Counted from the stretch's first letter, positions 33,467-44,992 are shown. The stretch is DNA of 64,000 bases from an uncultured delta proteobacterium (GCA_963789395.1 CAWBKP010000013.1:1-64000), one strand, 5' to 3'. Made by a program: numbers and translations. Notes: a model not told the origin generated them from the sequence alone.

Positions 33467-33814
33467 TTACCTGCCGAGGGTCTCATCCTCGGCCAGAAAA
33501 TCCATAGCGGCTTTCCATGCCCTGTATTTCCAGAATGTTTTCAGTCGCATGATCTTTTTTTTCTTAAGAAATCTGTCCTTACAGTCTTTGGCAGGGAAGA
33601 GTGAGTATTCACACTGCTGCCCCAACCAGCAGGGCTCTGCTTCACCGATTGACCTCAAAAAACCATCAGGCAGCCCGTACAGTGTAGCATCTTCAAAATC
33701 GGACCTTGACGTCAGCCCTGCTCTTAGACCTATGGCATCAATCTCATCAAAAGGATAAGCGTAAGCCTCGGAGTTTTTACTTATTTTTTTCTTTCTTGTT
33801 TTCCTTTTTCTCAT
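33467..33814 (-). CDS. Hypothetical protein
   Basis: 115-aa ORF coupled to dut (ATGA overlap). Confidence 0.45.
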   Translation of the reverse strand: MRKRKTRKKKISKNSEAYAYPFDEIDAIGLRAGLTSRSDFEDATLYGLPDGFLRSIGEAEPCWLGQQCEYSLFPAKDCKDRFLKKKKIMRLKTFWKYRAWKAAMDFLAEDETLGR

Positions 33815-34263
33815 TTTCCCGTGCTACCATACCCGTTCTCACCACGATCAGACTCGCCCAGTGTCTTTGCGTGGACAAGACGAACATCCGGGAGTTTTTG
33901 AATGACAAGCTGAGCGACTCTATCCCCACGGGCAATCACATAAGGCCCGGACCCGACACGGCTCAGAATCACTCCGATCTCTCCGCGATAACCGGCGTCG
34001 ATGGTCCCAACTCCGTTGACGACAAAGATCCCATGTTTTGAAGCCAGTCCGCTTCTGCCCCGCACCTGTGCCTCGTAACCGGGGGGAAGCTCGATAGATA
34101 TACCGGTCTTAACCAGTACGACCTCATGGGGCCAAACGCTGTATTGGTCATCTGCAAAAAGATCAAATCCGGCATCACCCGGGTGCTTTCGTTCAGGCAT
34201 CCGGTTTTGTTTCAAAGAGAGTTTGGTTTTGACTTTGATACCCGTCACCATCCATGACATCAA
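33811..34263 (-). CDS. dut: Trimeric dUTPase
   Basis: AGFDL, RSGLA, GTIDAGYRGE, RVAQL and RGENGYGSTG. Confidence 0.95.
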   Translation of the reverse strand: MMSWMVTGIKVKTKLSLKQNRMPERKHPGDAGFDLFADDQYSVWPHEVVLVKTGISIELPPGYEAQVRGRSGLASKHGIFVVNGVGTIDAGYRGEIGVILSRVGSGPYVIARGDRVAQLVIQKLPDVRLVHAKTLGESDRGENGYGSTGK

Positions 34264-34675
34264 TCGTTGACATGCTTATTCCTTTTTGTCTTGTTCGTTG
34301 ATTTTGACATCTTCTTCATCAAAACAGCCTGATCGACCGCCATATACGCGGCGTGGAGTTTTGCAACGTCTCTCGGATGCTGATAGTGCCGGTAAGCAAG
34401 TGCCTCGACACTATCAGCTATTGCCTGGATTCCCGTTTCTTTTGGCGTCATATGAGTTTATCTACCAATTCATCAAAAGTGCCCGCACCGGCGATATTGT
34501 CGTAATACAGGTGCATGAATTGTTGTGGAGACAGCTTCCTGAGCTTCTCATACCGATCATGGCCAGCCTTCAATCGCCTGACCCTATCGGGAAGAAAAGC
34601 AACCGGTCTATCGTCACATTCGCCAGCGGCAGCACAGACGTCTCCAAGAATCGCCAAAAGTTCCAGGGTCGGCAT
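34260..34675 (-). CDS. Two small hypothetical proteins (34260-34451, 34448-34675)
   Basis: Consecutive ATGA-overlapped ORFs between hup and dut. Confidence 0.45.
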
Positions 34676-34677
34676 GT

Positions 34678-34932
34678 TTACAGCTCTCTCAGGCTTGAAG
34701 ACGCCTTAAATTTCAGAGTTGTTGATTCCGGCACTTCAACGGGTTCGCCGGTTTTGGGGTTCCGGCAGGTCCGGGCCTTTGTGGTCTTCCATTCAAAGGT
34801 CCCGAAGCCCTTGATGATGGTCTTATCCGCGTCAATGACTTTTTTGGTGATGGCGTCAAAGACATCCGATACCGTCTTTTTGGGCACTTCAAGTTCTTCC
34901 GCAATTTCTGCAATCATCTGTGTTTTTGTCAT
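34678..34932 (-). CDS. hup: HU-family DNA-binding protein
   Basis: MTKTQMIAEIA..GFGTFE..ARTCRNPKTGEPVEVP..FKAS. Confidence 0.9.
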   Translation of the reverse strand: MTKTQMIAEIAEELEVPKKTVSDVFDAITKKVIDADKTIIKGFGTFEWKTTKARTCRNPKTGEPVEVPESTTLKFKASSSLREL

Positions 34933-35053
34933 GGTTTCTCTCCTTTGTTTGATTGCCGTCCGGTTTTTCAGACGGCGGTTGCATTAAGATATAGATCGCA
35001 ACAAGGACAAGAAGACATGCGAGCATGACTATCTGTGCCAGTGTTGGATCCAG

Positions 35054-35883
35054 TCAATCGGGGTCATCGTCATCATCTTTCCCCTTTTCCGGCACAAAAG
35101 ACTCCGCGCCGCTCAGTTCCTTTTTCATCTGGATCACTTCTTCCCGGCGTTCAGGAAGAAAACACTCGTATTGCCACTGAACCTGCTGCAACGTTTCAAG
35201 CGCCCTTTGATCCAACTCATCGGTGTCAGGCATTTCAAAATTATTGGCAATCACAACAGGCGGCGTCTTTGACAGCATGATCCTTAATGCCTCTGGAAGA
35301 TTCACGCCCATTTTTGAGATTTCAAGCGCTGCCTGGGTAACGTCATATTGCCTGTCTTGGAGTTTAGAGATAATCCCCTCGATCCCGGTCCGGTCCTTCA
35401 GCTCCGCGATAAACGGCATGATTTCCCGCATTAATCCGACAAGCACCCCCTCGGCCTGATAACAATCCTTGATATCTCGGACCGTCTCGATTTTGATCTT
35501 GTCGTTTCCATCCGCGTCTTTTTCGGACTGCTTTTTCTGGACTGATTCTATCCGGGAAAGAGAGCAGCACAGAATCTCAAGACCTTTGCATGGACCGCGA
35601 TAACCCGGTCAGAAGACACCTGCTTGACGATCTCGACAGCTTCATCGGGGGAAACATCATCAAAAACGCTTGGCTTTTTTCGTTCGTTCGTTCGTTCGTT
35701 TTTCGTTCGGATCGTCCGCTTGGCGCGCTTAGCTTTGATCCGATTAAAAGCCGCTCTAAGTGACGCCTCATTAATTCCGTGCTGCCGTGCGAACTCGGCA
35801 TAGGACGTATCGGGTGCCGTCTCACATAGTTTTTGATATACGTCATATAGGTAATTCCAGTTGTGTTTTGGCGCGGGTGGCAT
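35054..35883 (-). CDS. pacA: Terminase small subunit PacA-like (frameshifted)
   Basis: N-terminal HTH SYAEFARQHGINEASLRAAF; C-terminal YDVTQAALEISKMGVNLPEAL..RREEV and acidic end. Confidence 0.7.
35681..35716. repeat. CGTT/AACG tetranucleotide array inside pacA
   Basis: (CGTT)5 at 35681-35700, then TTT CGTT CGGAT CGTCC. Confidence 0.85.
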
Positions 35884-36214
35884 AGTCTGGCCTTCTTCTT
35901 CGCTTTGAAGATTTCTTCCTCGATTTCATGAGGCTCAAAATCAATTACAGAGTGGTCATCAATCATGGACTCGTATGTCTTCCAAATCAGTTGGCATTGA
36001 GGCATTTTCGCGTCCGTCTGATGGTTTCCTCATATTTTTCAGAGCTGGTGACATCTGAGTCCTCATGCCCGCAATCACGGCAGACTGGAGAGTCTTCAAA
36101 CGTCCTCCATGCCATACCGCATTGCTGGCAGAAGCGGACCCGCCGCACCAGGGACTGGTATTTCTGCGTGTGGATAATTAATGAATCATCGTTCGAGCAG
36201 AATTGGCAGATCAT
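35877..36214 (-). CDS. Double NrdR-type zinc-ribbon protein (one base missing near 36002)
   Basis: CQFCSNDDSLIIHTQK..VRRVRFCQQCGMAWRTFE, then CRDCGHEDSDVTSSEK..IRRTRKC(P)QCQLIWKTYE. Confidence 0.65.
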
Positions 36215-36489
36215 CCAGGCTCCTTTTTGCTTGCATCCACTGTGGGTCTTCATCCAGGACATAGATCACCCCGAACTCTACAAGAACGATCCGGGGTGGT
36301 GGAGGGGGTGTCCAACACGGAATGGGGTCCTTGATGTATGATCCGCCAAGTCTTGAGGAAAGCAGGCACCGTAAGCGATGATGGCCAATATCGCCAGGAT
36401 GAGAATGGCCTTTCGCCGTTTAGCTTGTTTTCGCCTGGCTGCCATTTCATGCCGCAACAGGGATCCGGCGCTGACATGTTGGTGTGATT

Positions 36490-37073
36490 TCATCCGTAAA
36501 TCCTGACAAGGTTGTTGTCCTGCAATGCCAGGTACGCTCCACACGAATCCGCGATATGTTCAAATGCGCCGCCCGGCCAGCACTCCCCGAGGAAGCTGTA
36601 TGTCAAAAGCTCTGAAACCTTTCCGGCCCGCTTGCCTTTTGTGACTTGGAAAGGCTTACATACTTTTTCGCCGCCATACAGCTCAGAGATTTTATCCATA
36701 ATCGCCTCTTTACCGGCGTCTTTCCTGCCACATACAGCCTTTTTGACTGCATCCGGGGTACACCATTCAGTCGGGAGCCCAAGGCACCCGCAGTCGTTGC
36801 GACTACCCCAATCGCAAGGCCGGCGCTTTTTGCCGCTGACGCGCTCTGTGATCCCGTTGGCATCTCTCCGATAACTCCCTTGACGTTGTACTTCTCCACG
36901 ATATCCCGGATCATACGAGAGGCTACAGCGCATCGGTGGGCGTTATCATCAAAGACGCGGGTGCTTTTCTTTTCGGTCTTTTCAGTTTGGATGACACCTG
37001 CCGCAACAGGACGCTTACCTTCCCAAACTGACCAGCCGATGTTTTTAAACGCGATGTCGAGTGAAATAAGCAT
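36490..37073 (-). CDS. RuvC-like Holliday junction resolvase (frameshifted)
   Basis: ISLDIAFKNIGW, VIGEMP, TPDAVKKAVCGRKDAGKE and EHIADS. Confidence 0.75.
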
Positions 37074-37087
37074 TGGGTTCCTTTCGA

Positions 37088-37504
37088 TCAGAACGGGATG
37101 TCATCTTCAGCGGTCGATGGATTGTACTGCCCGGACCCCGCTTTCTGCCCGGCGCCAGCACCACCGCCTTCCCCTTTACTGCCGAGCATCTGCATGTCAT
37201 CGGCTATGATCTCAGTCATGTAACGCTTCTGGCCGTCCTGTTCCCATGACCGGGTTTGGATTTTGCCCTCGATGTAAACCTGAGCGCCTTTCTTCAAGTA
37301 CTGCCCGCATATCTCGGCCAGCTTCCGGTAAGCGACGATGTTATGCCATTCGGTTTTCTCTTTCTTTTCGCCGGTTGCCTTGTCCTTCCAGGTATCTGAG
37401 GTAGCCACTGAAAAATTGCAGACAGCATCCCCGCTTGTCATGTACTTCGTTTCCGGGTCTTTCCCTAACCGGCCTACGATGATCGCTTTGTTAATTCCTG
37501 CCAT
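37088..37504 (-). CDS. ssb: Single-stranded DNA-binding protein
   Basis: [31 protein letters not shown]. Confidence 0.95.
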   Translation of the reverse strand: MAGINKAIIVGRLGKDPETKYMTSGDAVCNFSVATSDTWKDKATGEKKEKTEWHNIVAYRKLAEICGQYLKKGAQVYIEGKIQTRSWEQDGQKRYMTEIIADDMQMLGSKGEGGGAGAGQKAGSGQYNPSTAEDDIPF

Positions 37505-37538
37505 TTTGCTTTTTCCTTTCCTGTCGTTTTGCTTTTGG

Positions 37539-38058
37539 TTATCTGCCGATCCCACCGGCAAGCAGTTTCAGCCTGGGGTTATCCCCGCATTCGATAGCCG
37601 GGTGTGGATCAAGTTTTTCGGTTGCCTGATACGCTTCGGAAAACTCCTTTGCCCACCACTTGTGTTCATCCTCGGTCATCGCGCAAACAGAAGGCCACGA
37701 CCATCTGGATGTCATCAGCCGCTTTGTGATCGGGTCAGAATAAACCGGTGTGCCCCATGACCCGACGTTACGGACCTGCTGTAGAATTTCAGATACCTGG
37801 ACCGTGGCCTTGTCGGGTGAAGATGCGGAGTTATCGCGCCCATACCTGTTATTGCCTCTATGAAATCAACCGGTTTCGGAAAGAATTTCAGATTTAAAAT
37901 CATGTGGTTAAAGGCTGCCTCACTGTTTCATCGCTGTATTTTTGAAGCGTGTTCCAGTACACTTCAGGGAGCCTGTAGAGCTGTCATCTGAGTATGTGAA
38001 GTTTTCAGCCAGACCGATCATCTAATGTCGAAAAATGTTCTACGTCTTGTGGTTTCAT
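37539..38058 (-). pseudogene. Putative helicase-loader/inhibitor-like replication protein, heavily disrupted
   Basis: Fragments YWNTLQKYSDE and FNHMILNLKFFPKPVDFIEAI directly after the initiator. Confidence 0.4.
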
Positions 38059-39071
38059 ACCTGAACTGCCTCCTCGCTTCCATTTTTGCCCGCGTGGTTT
38101 CGATAAATCGATTGACACGCTGCGATATGATTGGCCTTGTCGTGCTGGTATCCTGCACTCGTTACAGGTAGAATCCCGGGATTATTTTGTGGCCCATTTG
38201 TCGGGCAACCCTCAATGTTCGCTTGTCGGACAGCAAGAAGTTGATCCGTTTTCGGGTCGCCGTTGGTGTTTTCCGTTTGGAGGCGTTTTGATGTTCCAAT
38301 GCCGAGTCTGTTTGAGTCGTTGCAGGACAACGCCCTGATTCCAGCGGCCCAACTGTCAATCATGGGCTGAGTTACTTAATTGATGCGTCCGTATTTTTTA
38401 GCAGTTAAGGTGAATGAATGAATAACCGGATAGTCGCGCACTAAGTTCGGTGCTTTTTCGGACTCGGTGCAAGTCTTTGTCTTTTTAGGTTCCTTTTCCT
38501 GTTCCTGTTCTCCTTTCTTTTCCCCTTGTTCTGGTTTTTTCGAGGCGCGAGGTTGAGGCTTCGCTCACGCGAGAGTACGCGTAGAATCTATCTTTTACTC
38601 TATTCTCCTCTACGCTATTCTGCGGATATCTACGAGCATCCTCACTGTCATTACCCGGTTGCGAGGGGGTATTCTACAGGTGATAACCCTCCTTTTCACT
38701 GTAGAAACTGAAAATTGATGGTTTTTCGGGTACTGAAACACGTCGGTTTTTGTACACGATAGACTTATTTCTGAAATTTTACGGCACACAAATTACCCGT
38801 TTTGACCACAACGCGTCAAGGCCTCGTGTAAAGAGGGTGTCGAGTGTTATCATTACGGAAACTATCGTAGGCGGGTTTTAGTCTGTAGAAACTCATGAAA
38901 GCGGCATTTCATCTTCAGGTCCGATATGGCCGTAGGCCGATCCTAATAGCTCTAACAGCTTGAACCAGAATGCATATCCGTCGTTCCCAGTATTTCTGTT
39001 CCAGAATAAACGTGGTGTTTTTGTGAACACAGTCATGTGGGAAAAAATCGACGGTTTGTTTCCGTGGCCAT
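38055..39071 (-). pseudogene. Replication initiator (Lin1244/DUF4373-like N-terminus), heavily disrupted
   Basis: RKQTVDFFPHDC..FILEQKYGNDGYAFWFKLLELLG at 38940-39070; many stops downstream. Confidence 0.55.
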
Positions 39072-39093
39072 TGTCATTGAAAACGTCCTTCCT

Positions 39094-39510
39094 TCATCTT
39101 GATAACAGCTTCCGCGTCTCAAAGAACCCGGCGAACCCTGGCTCGCGGTCCATCACCATCCGGGAATAATACGACGTGAATATATTGTTCAGTTTGTATT
39201 TTTCCCCTTGTGTCCGGATGGCATATTCCCATCTCATCCGCTCAAAAATGCCCTTCATTCCGAATTCGTGGACATTGGCCTGCTTGAGTCCTTTGCAGAT
39301 AGCGACGATGGCCTCATAGACGTGGGGATTTCTGGAATGGAAGCGGTTAAATCTTTGCTCGATGGTTTCTTTTTTGCGGACGCTTTCGGGCAGGTCTTTG
39401 GCGCCATCGTCGTTGAGTGGATGAATCAATGGCATTGAGAACACAAAGGGTTGCTGCCGTGTTGACGGGGGATTAGCTGATGTGACGATCATACTGGCTC
39501 CGCTGTCCAT
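39094..39510 (-). CDS. Hypothetical phage protein
   Basis: FNRFHSRNPHVYE..IFERMRWE..YKLNN..YSR..FFETR. Confidence 0.65.
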   Translation of the reverse strand: MDSGASMIVTSANPPSTRQQPFVFSMPLIHPLNDDGAKDLPESVRKKETIEQRFNRFHSRNPHVYEAIVAICKGLKQANVHEFGMKGIFERMRWEYAIRTQGEKYKLNNIFTSYYSRMVMDREPGFAGFFETRKLLSR

Positions 39511-39548
39511 AGCTGGACGTTATTGGACATTGTTTGTTTACCATCTGT

Positions 39549-39749
39549 TTACACATCGTTTGTTGCGGCCGCCTGTGGAACTGGTAGTATCTTCAACATG
39601 ATCGGCCACCTATCAATCTGCGAGGCTCCAAGATGGATACACGTTCTGATAACGTCAGCCTGTGTGCAATCATACTTGCTTGCCAGTTTTCCGATTTCAC
39701 GCGCCAGGGATTCATCGACTCTGATATTAAATGCTTGGTCATTTTTCAT
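39549..39749 (-). CDS. Ribbon-helix-helix protein
   Basis: FNIRVDESLAREIGKLASKYDCTQADVIRTCI. Confidence 0.55.
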   Translation of the reverse strand: MKNDQAFNIRVDESLAREIGKLASKYDCTQADVIRTCIHLGASQIDRWPIMLKILPVPQAAATNDV

Positions 39750-39852
39750 TTTTGGGCCTCCTGACAGGGGGCAGTCTGAACATGGCATATATCGTCCTGT
39801 AAAATTATGTTGATGGTTACTATGGCCACAGGTTTAACCTTTGATTGCTTTT

Positions 39853-40095
39853 TTACGAAGGCGGCTCATCCCACGGATCAAACCCAAGGGCGTCAGATAT
39901 CGCGGACCGGATAGGCGGGGTGACAACACGATGTCCATTCAAAACAAGGGAAATGTAGGAGTAATGTATGTTTGCTTCTTTCGCTATCTGTGTGGCCGAG
40001 CGGCCAATCTGGTTCAGAAGGAAAGTGATGCACTTTCCTTTGGGAAAATACTGGATCATGTGGTCGTAAAGAGGTTTTAAATCTTCCATTGTCAA
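39853..40095 (-). CDS. XRE-type HTH protein
   Basis: SATQIAKEANIHYSYISLVLNGHR. Confidence 0.65.
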   Translation of the reverse strand: MTMEDLKPLYDHMIQYFPKGKCITFLLNQIGRSATQIAKEANIHYSYISLVLNGHRVVTPPIRSAISDALGFDPWDEPPS

Positions 40096-40121
40096 GCCTT
40101 TTACAAAATGATATGGGTTAT

Positions 40122-40355
40122 TTATGCGGCCTTGTTCTCATCCTTACCCTTTGATTCGTATAGCTCAGGGAACAACAGCTCATCCCTTGTCACATGGCCT
40201 CCAGTGGCTTTTTCGATGCGAAGGGCAAGTCGTGGGCTCGGGATTTCACTTCCCTAATATGAGTAGCGAGACCATGGGTTGTACCACATGAGATCGGCAT
40301 CGCAAAACTGAAACGGTCATTTTTTTATTTTTTAAAAATTCTTTTCAAGCTTCAT
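40122..40355 (-). pseudogene. Cro/YdaS-like repressor (frameshifted)
   Basis: PSPRLALRIEKATGGHVTRDELLFPELY; divergent from cI. Confidence 0.65.
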
Positions 40356-40409
40356 GGCTATTAATCATTATAGAGCGGTATATTTATGTCAAGAAAAATA
40401 TACATGGTG

Positions 40410-41137
40410 GCATAATGGCATATTGAGAATGACAGAAATTAAAAGAAATTGGAGACGGTAAGCTGGGGCTTACACAGGTTAAGAACTTTCTGGAAAAAGT
40501 GGTGTCAGCCAATCACATATATCAAATTTTGAAAAGGTAAAAAAATGTCAAGGGGTATTCAAACACTTGATAATTTATTGAAAGTTAATTTGGATCAGCA
40601 ACTTTAATGAATTAATTCGGAACGAATAATAATAAAACCGCAGATCCAGTCTTAAAAATCGTTGTTAATTCCAAGGATGAAAAAGAAATTTTAAGCGGGT
40701 TTTCCGATGATTATCGTGGCATCCCCTTTATGAATCTGGCCGCCTGGCAGCCGGCGTAGATGGAGTTGAATTTGATCCATATGAAAGCACCGGCATCGAC
40801 CGTTATTGTTTACAAGCCAGAATTACAGGGAAGATCGCGGCATAGACTTGCTGCGATAAAAGTTGGCGGGACATCTATGGAGCCAACCGTCATCAAGGGA
40901 TCAATTGTGGTGGTGGATTTGTCGGACAAGGAGTGTTACGACAACAGGATATTTATCGTGAATACCCCGGAGGCCGGGCTGGATATGGCGGCAATCAAGC
41001 GGATTCAGCAGGTAAAAAATGGCTTTTTTCTATTAAGTGATAATCCGCATTTTAAGCCGGTTTTCACGGATATGGAGTGGTCCAGGCTCTGCGTTGGCAG
41101 GGCTGTTTGGATGTGGCGGGATATCAGCAATATTTAA
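40410..41137 (+). CDS. CI-like repressor with S24 peptidase domain (N-terminus corrupted)
   Basis: IKVGGTSMEP..AIKRIQ..LLSDNP..VGRAVW in ORF 40760-41137. Confidence 0.8.
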
Positions 41138-41339
41138 GAGCTGGTGATGGGACGAAAAAGGGATTCAGGTTTTAATCTAAAATAACCGATTGTTTAATAA
41201 GAATCTATACTCAGTTACGTATTGCGATGGTTGAGCAATACATAATAATGATAAGTATAGAATTTTATTTTTCGGAAAAATGAAGCTTTCAGCGGTTCAC
41301 GTCGTCGATTATATCAACCCATAAAAAGGAGGAATTGAA

Positions 41340-41903
41340 ATGCGTATTTTTGCAGTTATTTGTTTAGGATTACGCTATGCTTTTTTCGTCTTGCTCAATG
41401 GCTCCAAAGGTTTACGAACCATGAATATTCGAAACAAATTAAAAATGGAAACGGTTGCTCACTGGCAGTTGCTTGCAAAAAATGTAGTGTGAAATGACAA
41501 GTTCTACCATCTCTTCCATCAACCAGACTTGAACCGGGTTTACATTGATCATTCCGACACATCGGAATTTGGAAAAGCATTTTATGGTTATCTCATCACT
41601 GAACTGATGAATCATGGCGTAGTGCTTTCAGAAACCCCGGAAGAGGCCAATATTGTAAAGTGGGGTACGCAGCTTATCTGGAATGCAAAGGAGCCAGGAA
41701 CGCCCGGTGTAGTCATAGGGTTAATGGAATTCGTCGGAGCGGTATTGATTGGGTCACCCCCTCTATACCCACCTGACACGGTTGAGCTTATAGTGACAAC
41801 TCAGGTAAACAGGGATTACATGGTGCTGTCGCGGATGGCCCACAATTATTACATCAACGTAATCATCGAAATGGAATTTCTGGGTTGCAAAGAACGGAGA
41901 TAA
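41340..41903 (+). CDS. Putative exported/lipoprotein downstream of cI (frameshifted)
   Basis: AGGAGG upstream, MRIFAVICLG hydrophobic start, ORF 41529-41903. Confidence 0.4.
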
Positions 41904-41947
41904 CTTCCGAAGAAGATAGCCTGAACAAACAAAATAACGCCCCACTT

Positions 41948-41982
41948 AGGCCCGTTTAACTTCGGTTATTCGGGCCTTTTTT
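41948..41982 (+). terminator. Rho-independent terminator closing the cI operon
   Basis: AGGCCCG..TTCG..CGGGCCT followed by a T-run. Confidence 0.75.
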
Positions 41983-42686
41983 GTTTCCACCATAAAAATT
42001 CCCCGATAAACTCCTCCCTTATTTTTCCATACCGTTTTTAAAAAATAATATACCGTTAATATATTGTTGACATAATCTTTCCACTATGGAAAAATACCCA
42101 TGCATCACAAACACCCACCCACCCCCGAGCGACCTTGACCGGCGCAAAGACGGGGTGGGCGGTTGCCATGGAAGACGGCGTTTGCGCCCAGGCATCAAGG
42201 CACGGATGAGACCGGGAAACTCAAATCGGCAGAATGACATCCCAATAAACCGAGAGCACGGAGGTCCGGCATGAATGAATATCAGAATCAATCACAGTCA
42301 AGAAGATCCCAATCCAAGGCAAAGATCGCTCGCGGTATCTGTTCGCGGCAGCCCTGATCGTCATCCTCTATGGAGGGAGTTTCCTTCTGCCATGAAGCCG
42401 CAAACCAAACAGGCAATAGCCAAACTGGAAGAATCCGGCTGGAAATTGCTCCGGAAAGCCAAACGGGTCAACCGCTGGTGGTTTTACCGGACCAATCCAT
42501 ATGATTTCTTCACCGATTATATGACGGTCTTTGGAAATGGCCGGACGGCCAAGGGGATTTTGGAACGGGGGATCTGAATGATTGAGGAAAATACCCCGGT
42601 TATCCCGTCCATTGTGATCGTTGTCATGGCCGTTCTTTTCGGCCTGACATTCTAACAATCAAACAAGAAAGGAAAGAGAGGTACAA

Positions 42687-43758
42687 ATGGGTTACATTGA
42701 GGATCTTGAAAGGTACAAAAAGGCAGGGGCCAATATTTTAATGGCTCCGACATCCACAACAGTCCCGCAGACGATTTTCACCCCGGTTATCGAAGAAATC
42801 AAATTGTCGCCTGACACCAAAAATGACAAGGACTGCTACCAGGATAAGGGCAAGCTGCAATTGTCCAGTTACGCGCTGGCCAAGCTGGCCGCGTGTGCCG
42901 GCGTTATGTGGGATACCGAGCATACACGGAGAACGGACAGGTGCAATAATTCCGATTATGTGTCCTATCAGGCGGTAGGGAGTGTAAGGCGGTTCGATGG
43001 CAGCCTTGATAGGCAAATCGGGGAGTATGACATTGACATGGTTGTCATAGCCGAAGAAGTGGACATGACCCAAAGAGCCAAAAAGGATAAAACGCCGCAG
43101 GAAATCGAATACGCAATCAGAAAAGAGGTCTTATACATCCGCAAACACAAGCTCAAGAAATGCGAAACGGGTGCCAAAAGCATCGTGATTCGGAAGTTGC
43201 TGGCCGTCAAAAACGGATACACAACCCAAGAACTCATGAAGCCATTTGTTATCTGTAGATACGTTCTGGTCCCTGATTACAACAACCCGTACATAATGCG
43301 AAAACTGCAAGACGTCGCGCTTAATGCGATAACCGGGATATATGGCGGCAACGCGGCGAATCAGGCCAGAATCACGCACACACCGGAAGATAGCAATCAG
43401 TTTGATGACGGGAACGTGATTGATATCCCCCTTGATGATGATAGCTATCTGCCTCCGGGAGAGCCTATCCACAGCTACACCGACCAGACCTCACCCAAAC
43501 GCCGGACCCCGAACCGACCCCACCGACCAATGCACCCGGCAACGGAAACGGCAACGGGCAGAAAAGCGTAAATGAGCAGGTGATTGATTTCTCCAACTGC
43601 GAACCGGAGAACAGGCCAAAATCCTTGAAACCCTGATGACCCGGAAAGCCTACGACTCCAAGAGCCTGAAACAACCCCTGTCTGAATTCAGTGACGCCCA
43701 TAAGATCGGTTTCTTCCGCAAACTGTTGGCGCTGCCGGAAGCAAACCAAACCGCTTAA
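42687..43758 (+). CDS. Phage protein preceding sbcD/sbcC, possible ssDNA-annealing protein (C-terminal frameshifts)
   Basis: GAGG RBS; ALAKLAACAGVMW and CETGAKSIVIRKLL..YTTQELMKPFV; acidic linker. Confidence 0.55.
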
Positions 43759-43772
43759 TAAGGAGGTACGAA

Positions 43773-44992
43773 ATGAAAATATTGCATTTTGCGGACATAC
43801 ATGCCCGCGACAACGATCTGGATGAAATCGAAAAATGCCTGGATGAGATCGTTATTCAGGTAGCCAGACGAACGCCCGGACCTGATCGTATGCGCCGGTG
43901 ACGTATTTGACAGCCAGAACGTCAAGCTCGACTCAAAGGCGGCAAAGCTGATCTTTAACGTGTTTTCGGACCTTGCAGACATCGCCCCGGTTGTCGTTGT
44001 GATCGGCACACCGAGCCATGACGGGACCGCTGCCGAGGTGCTGGAACATATCAAAGCCAAAAATGAGGTATGGGTATCAAGCAGGCCGGAACAGATACAC
44101 CTATACGAAATTGGTGGCAAGATGGTTATCCGTGCCGCGTCACCGGTCCCACCGACGGCTATAATCAGCATGGTGCCGACCCCCACCAAACAGTTTTTCA
44201 ACTCCGATTCGGACATCAAGGGCACCGACAACGAGATCGCTCAGGCCATGGGCGCGATGTTCGCCGGGTTTGGGTCTCAGGCGGCGAATTTTCCCGGTGT
44301 TCCCCACATTCTTGTCGGTCACTTCCAGATCGGCGGCGCGTTTGTTTCCGAAACGCAACAGCTCAACGGCCTGGATATCGAAATCAGCCGGGAACAGATC
44401 GGCTATGCCAATGCTGATCTTGTAATGCTCGGACACATCCATCTTCACCAGCAGATCGGGCAGAACATCTTCTATTCCGGGTCCATCTTCCGTAAGGACT
44501 TCGGGGAGCTGGACGCAAAAAGGCTTTTACATCCATGAATTCGATGATGCCGGGTTTCTGTCTTCCCGGTTCCTTGAGACTCCCACCCGCAAGCTGATTA
44601 AGATCACGCGGGATTTTACAGACACCTGCAAGTCCCCGATTGATGACATTGATGTCTTCATGATTAATGCAGCCGATAGTCACGAAATTGACGGCGCCTA
44701 TATCCGCGTCGAGCTGAAGGTTTATCAGGATGAAGCCGTCAAGATCAATAAGGATGAGATTGAAACCATCCTGGCCGGCGCTGCCGAGGTTGATATCCGG
44801 ATTATCCGGATCCCCCGGGAGAACATCAGAAGCGCTCAGATTTTAAAGCTGTCCACACTTCGGGATAAGATTCAGGAAATGGCGGCCTTGAAAGCCGAGA
44901 CGGTTCCATCGTCGATTCTGTCAAAGGCTGATCTTCTGGAAAATCTGAATCCTGACCAAGTGTTTGCCCACGCGATTGGGGGTGCAGCATGA
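43773..44992 (+). CDS. SbcD/Mre11-like metallophosphoesterase nuclease (frameshifted)
   Basis: MKILHFADIH, AGDVFD, GTPSHD, LGHIH and YSGS. Confidence 0.85.

Noticed and set aside
38369..38377. GAGTTACTT match to the P1 late-promoter motif
   Set aside because: Inside the disrupted initiator gene on the opposite strand, with no downstream late gene
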